From NCBI RefSeq assembly GCF_006345805.1, contig NC_042997.1:131068001-131132000 (forward strand): a stretch of 64,000 nt of DNA. Reading direction: 5' to 3'. The DNA is from Octopus sinensis. Lineage: Eukaryota. This document shows, one piece after another, positions 11,791-24,188 of this stretch. The translations under genes and the position numbers were made by a program. The notes under the pieces are model-generated. The model was not told the origin of the DNA. It did no database searches and saw only the letters and a program-made list of their open reading frames with translations. Every line of letters begins with the position of its first letter. The stretch's first letter is position 1.

Positions 11791-14178
11791 TATACACACG
11801 TGCGCTAGTTTCCTTATCATTGCTTCGAATAACATTTAATTAGAAAGAAACTATAAAATGTCATACATCTATGATATGAACAGTAATTCGGTTTCCTCCG
11901 GTAAAATATTGATTTTTTTTTTCTTTTAAATTCTTGTATTAAGCAAAAGGTTTAAGTTTTAGGAGTGTTATAAGATAGACATATGAATCGACTCCAATGA
12001 CAGTTTACAGTGACCTCCATAGGGTTTTATACTGGAAGGACAGAGGATCTAAACTAACTGAAAGTTATCAAAGAAATTGTTGGATTTGTATTAAAATCTA
12101 TTTCATCCTTGTTGTTTTTTAAGTGTTATGATATGGCTGCTATTTCTTGCAGGTCGAAAGACAAAGGTTTCGTCTTCGTTCTGTGCCCTACTCACAGAGA
12201 CTAACGGGTGCAACTTCCGGTATGTCGGCAACAGAGGCTTCCGATTGGCTAAAATTACATTATTTCAAGTGCATATAACCTTTTTCTATCTTTTCAGGGT
12301 CGATGAAATAAGTACCAGTTGAGCATTAGGGTCAATGTAATCGACTCACCCTTTTCCAAAATTTCAGGCCTTTTGCCTATAAAAGAAAGAATTATTAATG
12401 TTTAAAAAAGAAAAAAAAAAAAAAGAATGGATGTGATTTTCGTCTTCATCATGCGTCGGCGTAGAAAATTTGAAAATGATCTGATGAAAAATTGAGATAT
12501 TTCAAGCAGTTGGAAGAAATTTTACAAGACCCATTGGATAAAGGCTGCCTTCAGGACAGTCTCTATCAAGCAGATCTAAGAATAAAACTTTTCATACCGT
12601 AACCATCCCATACTTTTAGGATTTTCTTTTGTACTCTGCACTACAGTATTTATAGTATGGCCATTTGTTTTTTAAAGAATGTAGGTTGCGACAACGACGC
12701 TAACCTTCTGATTGTATATCCCTCACCAAGAAAACCTTGGCCAAGAAGACCTATTATCAAAGGCGTTCTAACCGTTGCAATATCTGTTTTTACATTAAAG
12801 TCAACATTCCCTAAATGAGAAAAAAATTATAGGTAAAATAATCATCAGAGATGATTTGACCCACAGAGATTTTGCAAGGTCACCTAAATTCATTACAAAG
12901 CTGGAAACCTTTCTGTATCGCCTGTAAGTATCTCAGGATCACGAGCATTTTGCCCCTTGTTTTGTACACCTCACCTGAGTGGAGCAGCAAAGACTGAGCT
13001 AGTCCTCACCGACAGAAGGGTTCCACTTGCGGTCTCTTATCAACTTAGCCATCTTGTGCTAGTTTCAGCTGCCGTGCCTATTTCCTCCGTGGTTTTCTTC
13101 TTCTTCTTCTTCTTATTATTATTATTATTGCCGAAATGCTTAGTGGCATTTCTTACGGCTCTTTGCGTTCTAAGATTTCATTGGATAGAGAAGAAAACCA
13201 AAAGCCTCCCTGGTGCCGTTGGCATACGTGGTGATCCAACATCTTTGTGGTACCACCTATTGAGGATTTTGTTATAATTTTCTTGTCACCTTTTTCATTC
13301 CTTTCATGTACATTTGTAATTCCTCAATGTCCTTTATCTTAGTAATGTCCTAAATGTTTTTTGCGACCCTTGTAGCTAATACCTGACGCGTGTGTCACGC
13401 TTAAAAGAACGAAAGTAATTTTGTTGCTTAAATGAAAGTTTTTAATTACACCTCCTGTAATTTCCTGAAGGCATTTGAAGCCGCCACCTAGGTATTGTAT
13501 TAATACTTCTCAACACCTATGCCTACTGAGCCACCGAAGCAGCAACAGACCTAATGAGAAAATTAAGATACTTAAATTTGACTCGTGTGTCCAACAAGAG
13601 GGAGAGGAAGTGAGAAGGTAAGAAAAAGAGAAAGGGAGAGAGAGCATGAAACTGAGTGGCTGATAGGTATTTGAATTCCTTTCTACGACTGAACTGAAAT
13701 TGACCCCTGGCTATTAAAGGCCCAACCACACACACACATTTGTTTTATGTCTTCTACCCATTTGAATTCGGCTATACACCAGATAACACGGTCAGTCCTA
13801 TGTTCTGAAATTTAGATATTGAATTTGTTTTAATTATAAAATTACACCTCAGCTAAAAAACATCTTTTGGCTTTCGAATACAACCTTTTCTTTCTCTTTC
13901 TATATTCTTTGTTAAGTTACAATTTCTTTGTTTTGGTCAGGACTTTTGCAATTTCATTTTTCTTGTATCAAGTCATGGACGAAAGCATTAAAAAAAATTA
14001 AATTCATGGAGCCGAACAAAATCAAAAATATAACATCTATTTTTTCCTTGTCCATAATACTAACAAGAGCATAGTATGAGAGAGATTTGGCTGTTATTTC
14101 TTGCAGATTGAACAACCACACAGAATTGTTGGATTGGCTCATTTGTTGATGTGTACAAGTAAACAAAAACTAAGAGAC

Positions 14179-14223
<45 letters not shown>

Positions 14224-14266
14224 TGAATGAATGTGTGTGTGTATCTACAGACCAGGACAGAGAGGA

Positions 14267-14307
<41 letters not shown>

Positions 14308-14532
14308 GAGTGTGTGTGTGTGTGTATGTGTGTGTGTGTGTGATGGCGTAAAAGAATAAAAGAACACGAGAAAACATTCCGTGCCTCTAAAGCAACTGGG
14401 TTCTCTAAATATGAACGATGTATTTTAAGGCTAAATACTAATTCTGTTTACGTTTGCGTAACTGAGATATTTTGGTTGGATTATATAATTATCAGTTTTA
14501 CACTTCTTTCTATATTCTGTAACTGTCGCAAT

Positions 14533-14713
14533 ATACTTTTCTACTATATGCACAAGTCCTGAGATTTTTGTGGGGAGGGAGCCATCGATTTAATTTATCG
14601 ACCCCGAAAGGCAAAGTCGACCTGGACGGAATTTGAACTCAGAACGCTAAGACAGACGAAATACTGCTAAGCATTATGCCCGGCATGCTAACGTTTCTGT
14701 CAGCTCGCCGCCT
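14533..14713 (-). mobile_element. SINE family B (older tail variant)
   Basis: Head aaggcggcgagctg and ctgagttcaaattcc on the minus strand. Confidence 0.8.
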
Positions 14714-14814
14714 TTAACCTTCACAATATAGAAACATTTCTCATGGCACCAGCACACAATTTACAGATGCGTACGTTTTTAATATTTTCCGTGAAATTTT
14801 CACGGGTCCTGCTA

Positions 14815-14850
<36 letters not shown>

Positions 14851-15205
14851 GAGTGAGAGAGCAGTGCATGCAATCAAAGAGACACTGGGGTAAAATATAC
14901 GAAGCCCAGTATAATACCCATCATGACTACCCGTCTGATAAGGGTACACCAGGTACATGCATCACAACCATATGTGCGTGACACAGTGATCTCATATCAA
15001 GATAAACGGCGCATGACCTTGCAGGTGGGGCCCAGTTAGAATTTTCTTCTGGTCGAGTAGCCCATCCCGCTCAAAAGGTCTCTGAATAAGGATTCTTTAA
15101 GGATGTTGAACGAACCACCAATGTTTCCAAAGGTGAATTACACAACAACGCAAGGACGTGGAACAAGTATAGTGTTATTGGACGCTCAGGAAAGAAAGAA
15201 GGAGG

Positions 15206-15240
15206 ATTTAACGTTTCGAGCGGAGCTCTTCGTCAGAAAC
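15206..15240 (-). ncRNA. Minimal type I hammerhead ribozyme motif in a Penelope-type terminal repeat
   Basis: Minus strand gttt-CTGACGA-a-GAGC-tcc-GCTC-GAAA-cgtt-aaat: core boxes, stem II, palindromic ACGT at stem III, short stem I. Confidence 0.55.
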
Positions 15241-15328
15241 ATAGAAAAGGTCCAAGGAAGGGAAAACGGAGAAAGAAAATGGCCAACGATACACACGCGG
15301 TCACATATTGTGTACGTATATATATATA

Positions 15329-16010
15329 CTAGCAGTATCGCCCGGCATTGCTCGGGTTTGTAAGGGAAATAACTATATAAGCATATTTAGAGAGTTACTT
15401 CTCTTATATAATAGCAAAAAATGCATTAAAAATGGGAAAAAATGATGGTAATTTTTTTTTTAAATCGTAGACTCATTGTAGATGCGTGCTAATACCCAGA
15501 GGGGCTCGATATGAATCACGACTATAAGATACCCGCTTTTGGTTAAATTGCACCGCAAAATGTGGGAGTAGTTAGGAATCTAAATCGTAGGAGACAGACA
15601 CACAACTTCACTTTTATATATAAAGACTAGCAGTATCGCCCGGCGTTGCTCAGGTTTGTAAGGGAAATAACTATAAAGCATTTTTAGAGAGTTATAGCCA
15701 AAAAATAGCAAAAAAATGGAAAAAAAATGATGGTAAATTTTTTTTGAGAGTTAAAAAAGGTGGAGTTGCGTCCCCTAGACGGTCTGTGGTTTGGGTTTCT
15801 GATTCTCGACCCCATGTCGAATTTATCGATTTTTTTCAGAACTGGGGGAACTTTTCAAAATTTTCGCTGCGTTAGTTTTGAATTATGACATTGGGCTATG
15901 TGTGTGTCAAGTTTCATCAGAATCGGTTGAAAGCCGTGGTCAGGGTGAGGGTACGAGAAAACAGACACACAGAAAACGCACAGACAAACTGCCGTTTATA
16001 TAGAGAGAGA
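15329..16010 (-). mobile_element. Composite non-autonomous Helitron (unit B 15627-16010 + unit A 15329-15626)
   Basis: Minus strand starts TC and ends hairpin-CTAG, inserted between A and T with no TSD; a second hairpin-CTAG end lies internally at 15627. Confidence 0.85.
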
Positions 16011-16038
16011 TAATTTTAAAGGTTGCAAACCTCTCGGT

Positions 16039-16099
16039 TAATGGATAAGGCGTCTGACTCCGAATCAGAAGATTGCGAGTTCGAGTCTCGTCGTGGTCG
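16039..16099 (+). pseudogene. tRNA-Arg pseudogene, CCG anticodon variant, nt 1-12 replaced
   Basis: Matches nt 13-73 of the intact gene except anticodon loop cTCCGaa; the 5' acceptor strand and start of the A-box are missing. Confidence 0.85.
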
Positions 16100-16318
16100 A
16101 AATTATTTTTCTTTTTTTTTTAAACCTCCCACTAAAGTGGTACTCCGGTATTTTCGTTCATCTTGTTAGGGGCCTATTTAGTTGTGACCATTCATAGACA
16201 CCACCTCGGTCCGCTCACCCTTGACCTTGCGGAACATGAAGGATGTGACCATTGGAGTGAGAACGGCCCTATCAGTACTTGACTTGAAGGCTATAGGCTA
16301 AAGTGCAAAAATCGTATC

Positions 16319-16347
16319 GGCCGCGTAGCCCAATAGATAAGGCGTCT
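16319..16347 (+). pseudogene. 5'-half tRNA-Arg fragment
   Basis: ggccgcgtagcccaatagataaggcgtct corresponds to nt 1-29 of the gene with 3 substitutions, then switches to unrelated sequence. Confidence 0.75.
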
Positions 16348-16489
16348 AGTAAGTGTATATCGGCCGAAACATTTGGAACCTTTCACAAGCGGTGTACTTC
16401 TCTCAGTTACTACTCAAACAAAAAGCACTCCCACATGCGTAATTTATTTCATGAAATGTACATATTATTTTACAGATTCAGAATCTGTC

Positions 16490-16562
16490 GGCCGCGTGGC
16501 CTAATGGATAAGGCGTCTGACTTCGAATCAGAAGATTGCGAGTTCGAGTCTCGTCGTGGTCG
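16490..16562 (+). tRNA. tRNA-Arg-TCG: tRNA-Arg (anticodon TCG), intact
   Basis: 73 nt; full cloverleaf (GGCCGCG/CGTGGTC, tctga-cTTCGaa-tcaga, GTTCGAGTC); oligo-T terminator immediately downstream. Confidence 0.97.
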
Positions 16563-17128
16563 AATTTTTTTTATTTTTAAACTTTCCGCTAGAGTAATAC
16601 AACAGTAGATTCGTTCATCCTGTTAGGGGCCTATATAGTTGTGACCATGAATAGACACTATCTCGGTCCGCCCATCCTTGACCTTGTGGAACATTAAGGA
16701 TGTGACAGTTGGAGTGAGGAACGGCTGTATCAGTACTTGGCTTGTAATCTACATAACTCGGGGTAACAGGAAATGAGCTGCCTTACTGAAGGTCACAACG
16801 CGCCGCCCAAATCAGGAATTTAAGCCACAACGTTATAATCACGAGTCGAAGACCGTAGCATCCTGGTCACGAGCCTTCACACAAAGGTGCTATCTTATGT
16901 CAATGGTAGACCTTCTGAGGTGTTGCTCATCCGTGCAGTAAGTATCTTTAAGAAACCAAATTGACGTATGATCTTGGTCTATTTTTTAAAAAGATATAAT
17001 TCAAATATGCACAATAATATAATCAGATATACTGTCCGAACAAAAGATAGGATGAACACTGCGAAGAAGGTTTTATATTTTTTACATTATTTACATTTGA
17101 CTGATATTTGTTCGATTCCAGGCAGTGA

Positions 17129-17132
<4 letters not shown>

Positions 17133-17219
<87 letters not shown>

Positions 17220-17257
17220 GGTGGTGGTGGTGATGGTGATGATGGTGATGGTGATGA

Positions 17258-17291
<34 letters not shown>

Positions 17292-17332
17292 GGTGGTGGT
17301 GGTGATGGTGGTGGTGGTGATGGTGATGATGA

Positions 17333-17366
<34 letters not shown>

Positions 17367-17430
17367 GGTGGTGATGGTGGTGGTGTGGTGGTGGTGGTGG
17401 TGGTGGTGGTGATGGTGGTGGTGGTGATGG

Positions 17431-17460
<30 letters not shown>
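17133..17460. repeat. Compound trinucleotide array (TAA)n-(TGA)n-(TGG)n
   Basis: Directly visible between the two intact tRNA genes. Confidence 0.95.
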
Positions 17461-17461
<1 letters not shown>

Positions 17462-17605
17462 GAAAAAAAAACACAACAACAACAATTATATCGAAAAATA
17501 CCTTCGGGATGAGAACCCAGGTTCGAAATTTCCCCAAGGCGCCTGATGAAGGCTGGAGGGTTATGTCCCAAATTAATCAGAGACTTTGCAAGAAAAGAAA
17601 TAGCT

Positions 17606-17678
17606 CGACCACGACGAGACTCGAACTCGCAATCTTCTGATTCGAAGTCAGACGCCTTATCCATTAGGCCACGCGGCC
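17606..17678 (-). tRNA. tRNA-Arg-TCG: tRNA-Arg (anticodon TCG), intact
   Basis: Exact reverse complement of 16490-16562; shares the 10-nt upstream agaatctgtc; followed by tttctttt. Confidence 0.97.
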
Positions 17679-18289
17679 GACAGATTCTCATTATTTAACA
17701 TATGCATTATATTTAGAGAACTAGTCAGTGTTTGTTGAGTGATTTATATTTGGCCTTAATTTTAAGTATACAGTATAAATAAGCACGCAAGCAAGCAGGC
17801 ATAACAACATACGTAGAACATACGGAAGCATAAGGACATATTGATCCAGTCCACTAAGCTAGCATAAATGAATAATTCCGCGACGCACCGGTGATGCGAA
17901 CCTATGATAAGGAAAGATCCTGAGAGTGTAGCTAACGGCATAAAATTTTCGAAGGCTTATGTCTTCATTGAGAATGAGAGTCTAAATATATAATCGTTTC
18001 TGATTCAATCATAAGGCCATTATGAGGGATTACTCGATTATATCGACTCCAGTATTTGAGTAGTATAATATTTCATCGACTTCGGTGGGATGAAAAACAG
18101 CGTTGACTCTGGTGGGACTTGAACTCAGAACACAGAAATCCAAAGGTTTAAGTGCATTGTAATTAATGTCGGTATTTAATTCAGAATTTTATGTTTACGA
18201 TGATAGAAGCAAAATCATTAGAAGTTTAGATTTTAGGCTTAAGGCTAAATAGATTTATGATAATAATGACAGTGTGATAACAGTAAAAG

Positions 18290-19100
18290 GACAGGTGTTG
18301 CTGAGAGTGGATTTGGTTAGGTTGGGGTGGGGGAAGAGGAGAAAAATCTGGATAGGAAAAGAAGTTGGTGGGTTTGTAAAGAGCGATGCTGGGGAGTTGG
18401 GATTTGCCAATGAAAACGATGTCCAGAATATGATGATGGCGTTGGAGACGGTGAAGTCAATTCTAAACTGTTATGGAAAGTGGGGGAAGATAATGTAGAA
18501 GTTGAAATAAGCGAATTGCTTATGAGTAAATGATCGGATGGAGTAAGTGATCGGATGGTGTAATTCATCGGAAAAATAAAAGCAATGGAGGTTAGGGATC
18601 AGGTCATCGAGATGCAGAGATATAAGGGTCCAAAGTTCTAATGTGATACTTCAATGAAGAAAGGATTGTAGAACCTGGAATTCATCGTTAAAATGGTTGA
18701 CTATATAGGACTACGAGAGGTTTTGAAAGCAAATGGAGGGCAATGACAATAAGCAAAAGACGTCGTTGGTGTCAGAGACATAGGAAAGTGGACAATGGCC
18801 AAATAGTATGTAATGCCGTTGTAGTGGAGTCAGAGGGGTGGGCGACACCGACAGACGCTTTTATAAGGTCAACCGTTCTGGGTCTCCTGTATAAATGACA
18901 GTCAAGGGTTGACAGGGTTGACAGGAAATGACAGTCAAGGGTTGCTTCACGTGCTACGTCCCTAGCGAGGGTGAAATTAAACAGATAAAAGTTCTGTGAG
19001 GTAATAACAAGCGGAGACGATGGAAGTGTCGTGGTTGTTGGCTTGATGAAGTTTAGACATGAGGTAGATAGCGATAGTTTTGTTGTGTGTAAATCCTGAT
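18290..19100 (-). mobile_element. Degraded Penelope-like RT relic
   Basis: Minus-strand fragments SYVSDTND, LHLDDLI, and FLDI-like ...YKPTNFFSY resemble PLE RT and thumb motifs. Confidence 0.5.
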
Positions 19101-19523
19101 GTTAATTGATTTGGCGGTAAGAAGAAAGAATGAAATTAGTTGGTGTACGGTGCTAGGGATGAACGTTTAGTCGCGCTACCCACTACACGTAATCTAAGCT
19201 TGAAAGGGGAGTTGCTTCTTGGTTGGATCATCTTATGTCTGTGGATCACAACTCACCGCAACACATCAACACTACTGTACGAGGCTGGTGTCAGCCGAGT
19301 TTGGCATATTGATCGATTGTGCGTTAGTGACTTTTACTGCCATGGGAAAGCACTGTCACTTTGTCCGACGAGGAAAACATTCGGTAGAGACGCGCGTCTG
19401 CAACTAGTGTCTAGTAAGTGTTTAGCGACCGAAACATTTGGAACCTTTCACAAGCGGTGTACTTCTTTCAGTTACTGCTCAAACAAAAAGCACTCCCACA
19501 TGCATAATTTATTTTATGAAATA

Positions 19524-20204
19524 CTAGCAGTATCGCCCGGCATTGCTCGGGTTTGTAAGGGAAATAACTATATAAGCATATTTAGAGAGTTACTTCTCTT
19601 ATATAATAGCAAAAAATGCATTAAAAATGGGAAAAAATGATGGTAATTTTTTTTTTAAATCGTAGACTCATTGTAGATGCGTGCTAATACCCAGAAGGGC
19701 TCGATATGAATCACGACTATAAGATACCCGCTTTTGGTTAAATTGCACCGCAAAATGTGGGAGTAGTTAGGAATCTAAATCGTAGGAGACAGACACACAA
19801 CTTCACTTTTATATATAAAGACTAGCAGTATCGCCCGGCGTTGCTCAGGTTTGTAAGGGAAATAACTATAAAGCATTTTTAGAGAGTTATAGCCAAAAAA
19901 TAGCAAAAAAATGGAAAAAAAATGATGGTAATTTTTTTTGAGAGTTAAAAAAGGTGGAGTTGCGTCCCCTAGACGGTCTGTGGTTTGGGTTTCTGATTCT
20001 CGACCCCATGTCGAATTTATCGATTTTTTTCAGAACTGGGGGAACTTTTCAAAATTTTCGCTGCGTTAGTTTTGAATTATGACATTGGGCTATGTGTGTG
20101 TCAAGTTTCATCAGAATCGGTTGAAAGCCGTGGTCAGGGTGAGGGTACGAGAAAACAGACACACAGAAAACGCACAGACAAACTGCCGTTTATATAGAGA
20201 GAGA
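19524..20204 (-). mobile_element. Composite non-autonomous Helitron, second copy
   Basis: Near-identical to 15329-16010 (I saw one substitution and one 1-nt indel); different flanks, again at an A|T site. Confidence 0.87.
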
Positions 20205-20837
20205 TACATACACACGCCCACATGCTGGCCCTTATAGTCACTCTATCACCACTAAATACCACCCATTTAAACATACCTAACACAAACACGCTTAAATGCT
20301 CATACACTCGCGTACTCACACATATACAGAACGATAAATTTGTGAAAAATAACATATTAATAACCTACATTGTTAAGCACACACATTTTATGATTAATAT
20401 ATTAGTCTGTATATACTAAATTCACAATGCACACAGCAAACTAAGACACATACATCACAAAGTTGCACTTCCTGCTACTCTTGAACGTATGAAGACTCAT
20501 TCTTTCTTAGTCACTTCCAGTCATTCAACCTCAGCTATGTTCACAGAATAACATATTTCTCCTTTACTCCCAACTTTTTTCCCTTCATTTCTACCCTTAG
20601 TTTCTCTGAAAAGGAGCTTCAGTTTGAAACTCTAATGACGCTTCTATTTTCTTAATACCTAACTGAGCGTTGAACATTCTTGTGAGATTTACATATAGTA
20701 ATTCGATAAGTTGAACATCTTGTTTTCACTTTACCTTCCATATTGTTATCTCGTCATTAGTTATGAATATATACATATACATACATACATATACATAATT
20801 CTTTCTCTGTCTGTCTGTCTGTCTGTGTCTGTCTGTG

Positions 20838-20880
<43 letters not shown>

Positions 20881-20883
<3 letters not shown>

Positions 20884-21167
20884 ATTTGTTTCAGTCATTT
20901 GACTGCAGCCATGCTGGAGCCCAGTACTTATTCTAACAGTCTCTTTTGCCAAATCGCTAAGTTACGGGGATGTAAACACACTAACATTGGTTGTCAAGCG
21001 ATGGTGGTGGTGGTGGGACAAGCACACACACACACATGACGAGTTTCTTTCAGTTTCCGTCTACCAAATCCACTCACAAGGCTTTGGCTGGCCTGAGGCT
21101 ATAGTAGGAGACACTTCCTCAAAGTGTCACACAGTGAACTCGGGACCATATATATATATATATATAT

Positions 21168-21217
<50 letters not shown>

Positions 21218-21725
21218 GCAGGTGTGGCTGTGTGGTAAGAAACTTGCTTCTCAACCACATGGTCCCTGGTTCAGTTCCACTGTGTGACACTTTGAGCAAG
21301 TGTCTTCTACTATAGCCTCAGGCCATATATATATATATATATATAGGCGTAGGTATGGCTCAGCGGTTAAGATGCTGCGCTGTACAACCACTTGGTTTCG
21401 GGTTCCTTCCCACTGCGCAGCTCATTGTGAAAGGGACTTTTCTGTTATAGCCCCGGGCCGATCAATGCCTGGTGAGTGAGTTTGGTAGATGAAAACTGAG
21501 TGGAAGTCAGTCGTGTGTGTGTGTGTGTGTGTGTGTGTGCATCTATCTATCTCCACCGCTTGAGAGTCAGTATTGGTTTGTTTGTGCCTCCATAACTTAG
21601 CTGTCAGAATAAGTCCAAGACTTGAAAGGTTAAGTACTGGGGTCGATTTTGTCCGTTAAATCCTTGAAGGTGGTGTCCAAGAATGGCCGCAGTCCAATGA
21701 CTACAACTGATAAAAGACAAAAAGA
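20881..21725. mobile_element. Cluster of SINE family A pieces (20881-21142 minus; 21214-21324 plus head; 21346-21725 plus)
   Basis: Homology to 33716-34128. Confidence 0.75.
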
Positions 21726-22022
21726 TAAACGCGTCATGTATACATGTGTGTAACACCAGTTAATTTTCTTCGTTCCTGCTTAAGACAAATTAACGCTTTT
21801 GTCCAAGAAGAATGTTGACCTTCAGAACTAGTCAGAGTAGCAAAATAAATCAGATATTTACTGAGACAAGCAGAACACCGAGGACACGATGATTGGAAAA
21901 GCATAACAAAAGAAGAAAAAAAAAAAAAAAACTCACCCATATTCTGTTCTTAGATTCAGAGCTGTTTGTGTCGTTGTACATTTGAGATAACATAATAGAA
22001 TGAAGATTAGCACTATATAATG

Positions 22023-22062
<40 letters not shown>

Positions 22063-22351
22063 TAATAATAATAATAATTTCCTAATAGGTTAAAAGTTCA
22101 CTACTCTTGGAATGTAAATATTTAACTAGCTTTAACAATGGCTAGTATTATTCTTCACTCTGGACTCGTGTTTAAATAGGGTATTGATTCATAATGAAAG
22201 AGAAGAATTTCTGATCTACAAGGTTTTCTCATAAGTATTAGAGGAGTGCGTGAAGTGAATTAGCTTCCACCTTAGAATCTCAACTAAGCTGCAAATTCGT
22301 CTCAACAATTTAAAAAATGTCGAGTTTATTCTTCAAATCACCACATTTTTG

Positions 22352-22425
<74 letters not shown>

Positions 22426-22894
22426 ATGAAGATGGGGTGGTATGACATTTATGCCTTTTTCATTAGTATCATAAGTGTAAAGAGAAATAAAATAGATTGA
22501 ACCAAATAGAAATTCGCAACACGAACATTGTGGTTGTGACTCCTGTTAGAAATTTTCTGCGAATTGTGTTGATACTATTTTCAGTTTCTGATAATATTTT
22601 CTAGTCTAAGAAAATACAAACTCCGTTTACGTAAACATCTTGTTGTTAGGATGATTGAAGTAAAATTAGTTTTCAACGGAGGCACAAGGAGACAAATTTG
22701 AGAAAAAGTGCTTTGTCGATTAAATCGATTCAGTACTTGACTGGTTCTGTTCTTTATTCACTCCAGAAGAATGTGTGAAATATAAGCCGTAATATGTGGA
22801 GATGGGACAAGTTAATAATTTCTAGATCTACTGGAATGAATTAATGGAGGATAGTCTAAACTTATTACAGATTTTATCCAATTATTTACGTAGG

Positions 22895-23329
22895 GGATCT
22901 TTTCGGTTTGAACGGCGGTTTTTAACATAATTTCTAGGTAACTAAAAAATTTTAAACTTCGTATACTGGTAGAATGTGTTTATAAAACATCTTTTTATCT
23001 TGGCTTTATTGAGAAAATTCTATAGTTTGTAAGATATTTGTTGTTGTTTTTCTTCAATTTCTGCAATTTCAACCAATCAGTGACGTCTATTGAGTTAAAA
23101 AGCATTCTGTGTCGTATGAATATGTCCCTCGTTTAAGAAACAGATTGGGTTTATTTACATTTGTGAAGAAAAAAAGATACCCTTCCCCCATCCCTAACCC
23201 TATCCCTAACCCTAACTAACCCTAACCCTAACTAACCCTAACCCTAAAAGAGATTGAAATGCAATAGTTATGGGTGACAATTTCATATGACACCGCTAGA
23301 AAAAAATGCCGTTCAAACCGAAAAGATTC
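22895..23329. mobile_element. GGATC-terminal MITE with 8-bp TSD and expanded telomeric repeat
   Basis: TSD tacgtagg at 22887-22894 and 23330-23337; CCCTAA-type array at 23192-23247. Confidence 0.93.
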
Positions 23330-24188
23330 TACGTAGGTACACATCTGCGACAAGTTGGAAGTAATTTGGATGACTCTAGTCCTTATAATATTCTGTCACT
23401 AAGTGCGTACAGAGAGGAAGGTAAAAGGCTCAAGGTTCGTGCGAAAAAATCTTTGTGTATGTGTGTGTGCGTGTGTGTGTATGAAATTGATTCTGGCAAA
23501 AAATGGATAAAAAAGAACAAGAAATTTACCCACTTAAGATAGACAAGCACAACAGGTTTAAAGGGATTTAAGCCGTCTTTCTATCGGTTAATGGTTAACG
23601 GTGTCACCAATTAAAGCACAGAACATCAGCTATTCTCACATTAGTAATACATTCTTGTGTTCGGTTCTTGCTGCAATCATCGAATCGAGGCGGGACACTT
23701 AGCCATGATAGATATATCCTTCGATATACAATAACACTGGGTTCACAGTGAAGTAAAACAACCACGAACGTATCAAGTATTGGTAGGATGCTGAAGATAT
23801 TTAAGTATCAAATCCAATTTAAACCGTAGCTCCGACTTAAGGTTGGTTCTAGGTGTGATGCAGGCATAAAATGAACTCAGGTAGGGTTTGAAATTTACAA
23901 CTGCTGTTTCGGAAGAATTTTATTGATGTATTCATAGATTACATCATAATATATATATTTCTTTACTACCCACAAGGGGCTAAACACAGAGGAGACAAAC
24001 AAGGACAGACAAACGGATTAAGTCGATTATATCGACTCCAGTGCGTAACTGGTACTTAATTTATCGACGAAACAGGTATAAACAGGTGAGATAATACCTT
24101 GATGATGACGAATTCATCTTTCTCACGTAAACTAATTTAGGCACTTTCCTATTATCGATAGCTACTTTTTTTTTTTTTTTTTAGTAGA

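Noticed and set aside
17023-17691. 222-aa His/Tyr-rich ORF and overlapping poly-amino-acid ORFs
   Set aside because: Translation of a tRNA gene plus a triplet microsatellite.
23192-23247. True telomere or chromosome-fusion scar
   Set aside because: A short tract internal to a TSD-flanked MITE.
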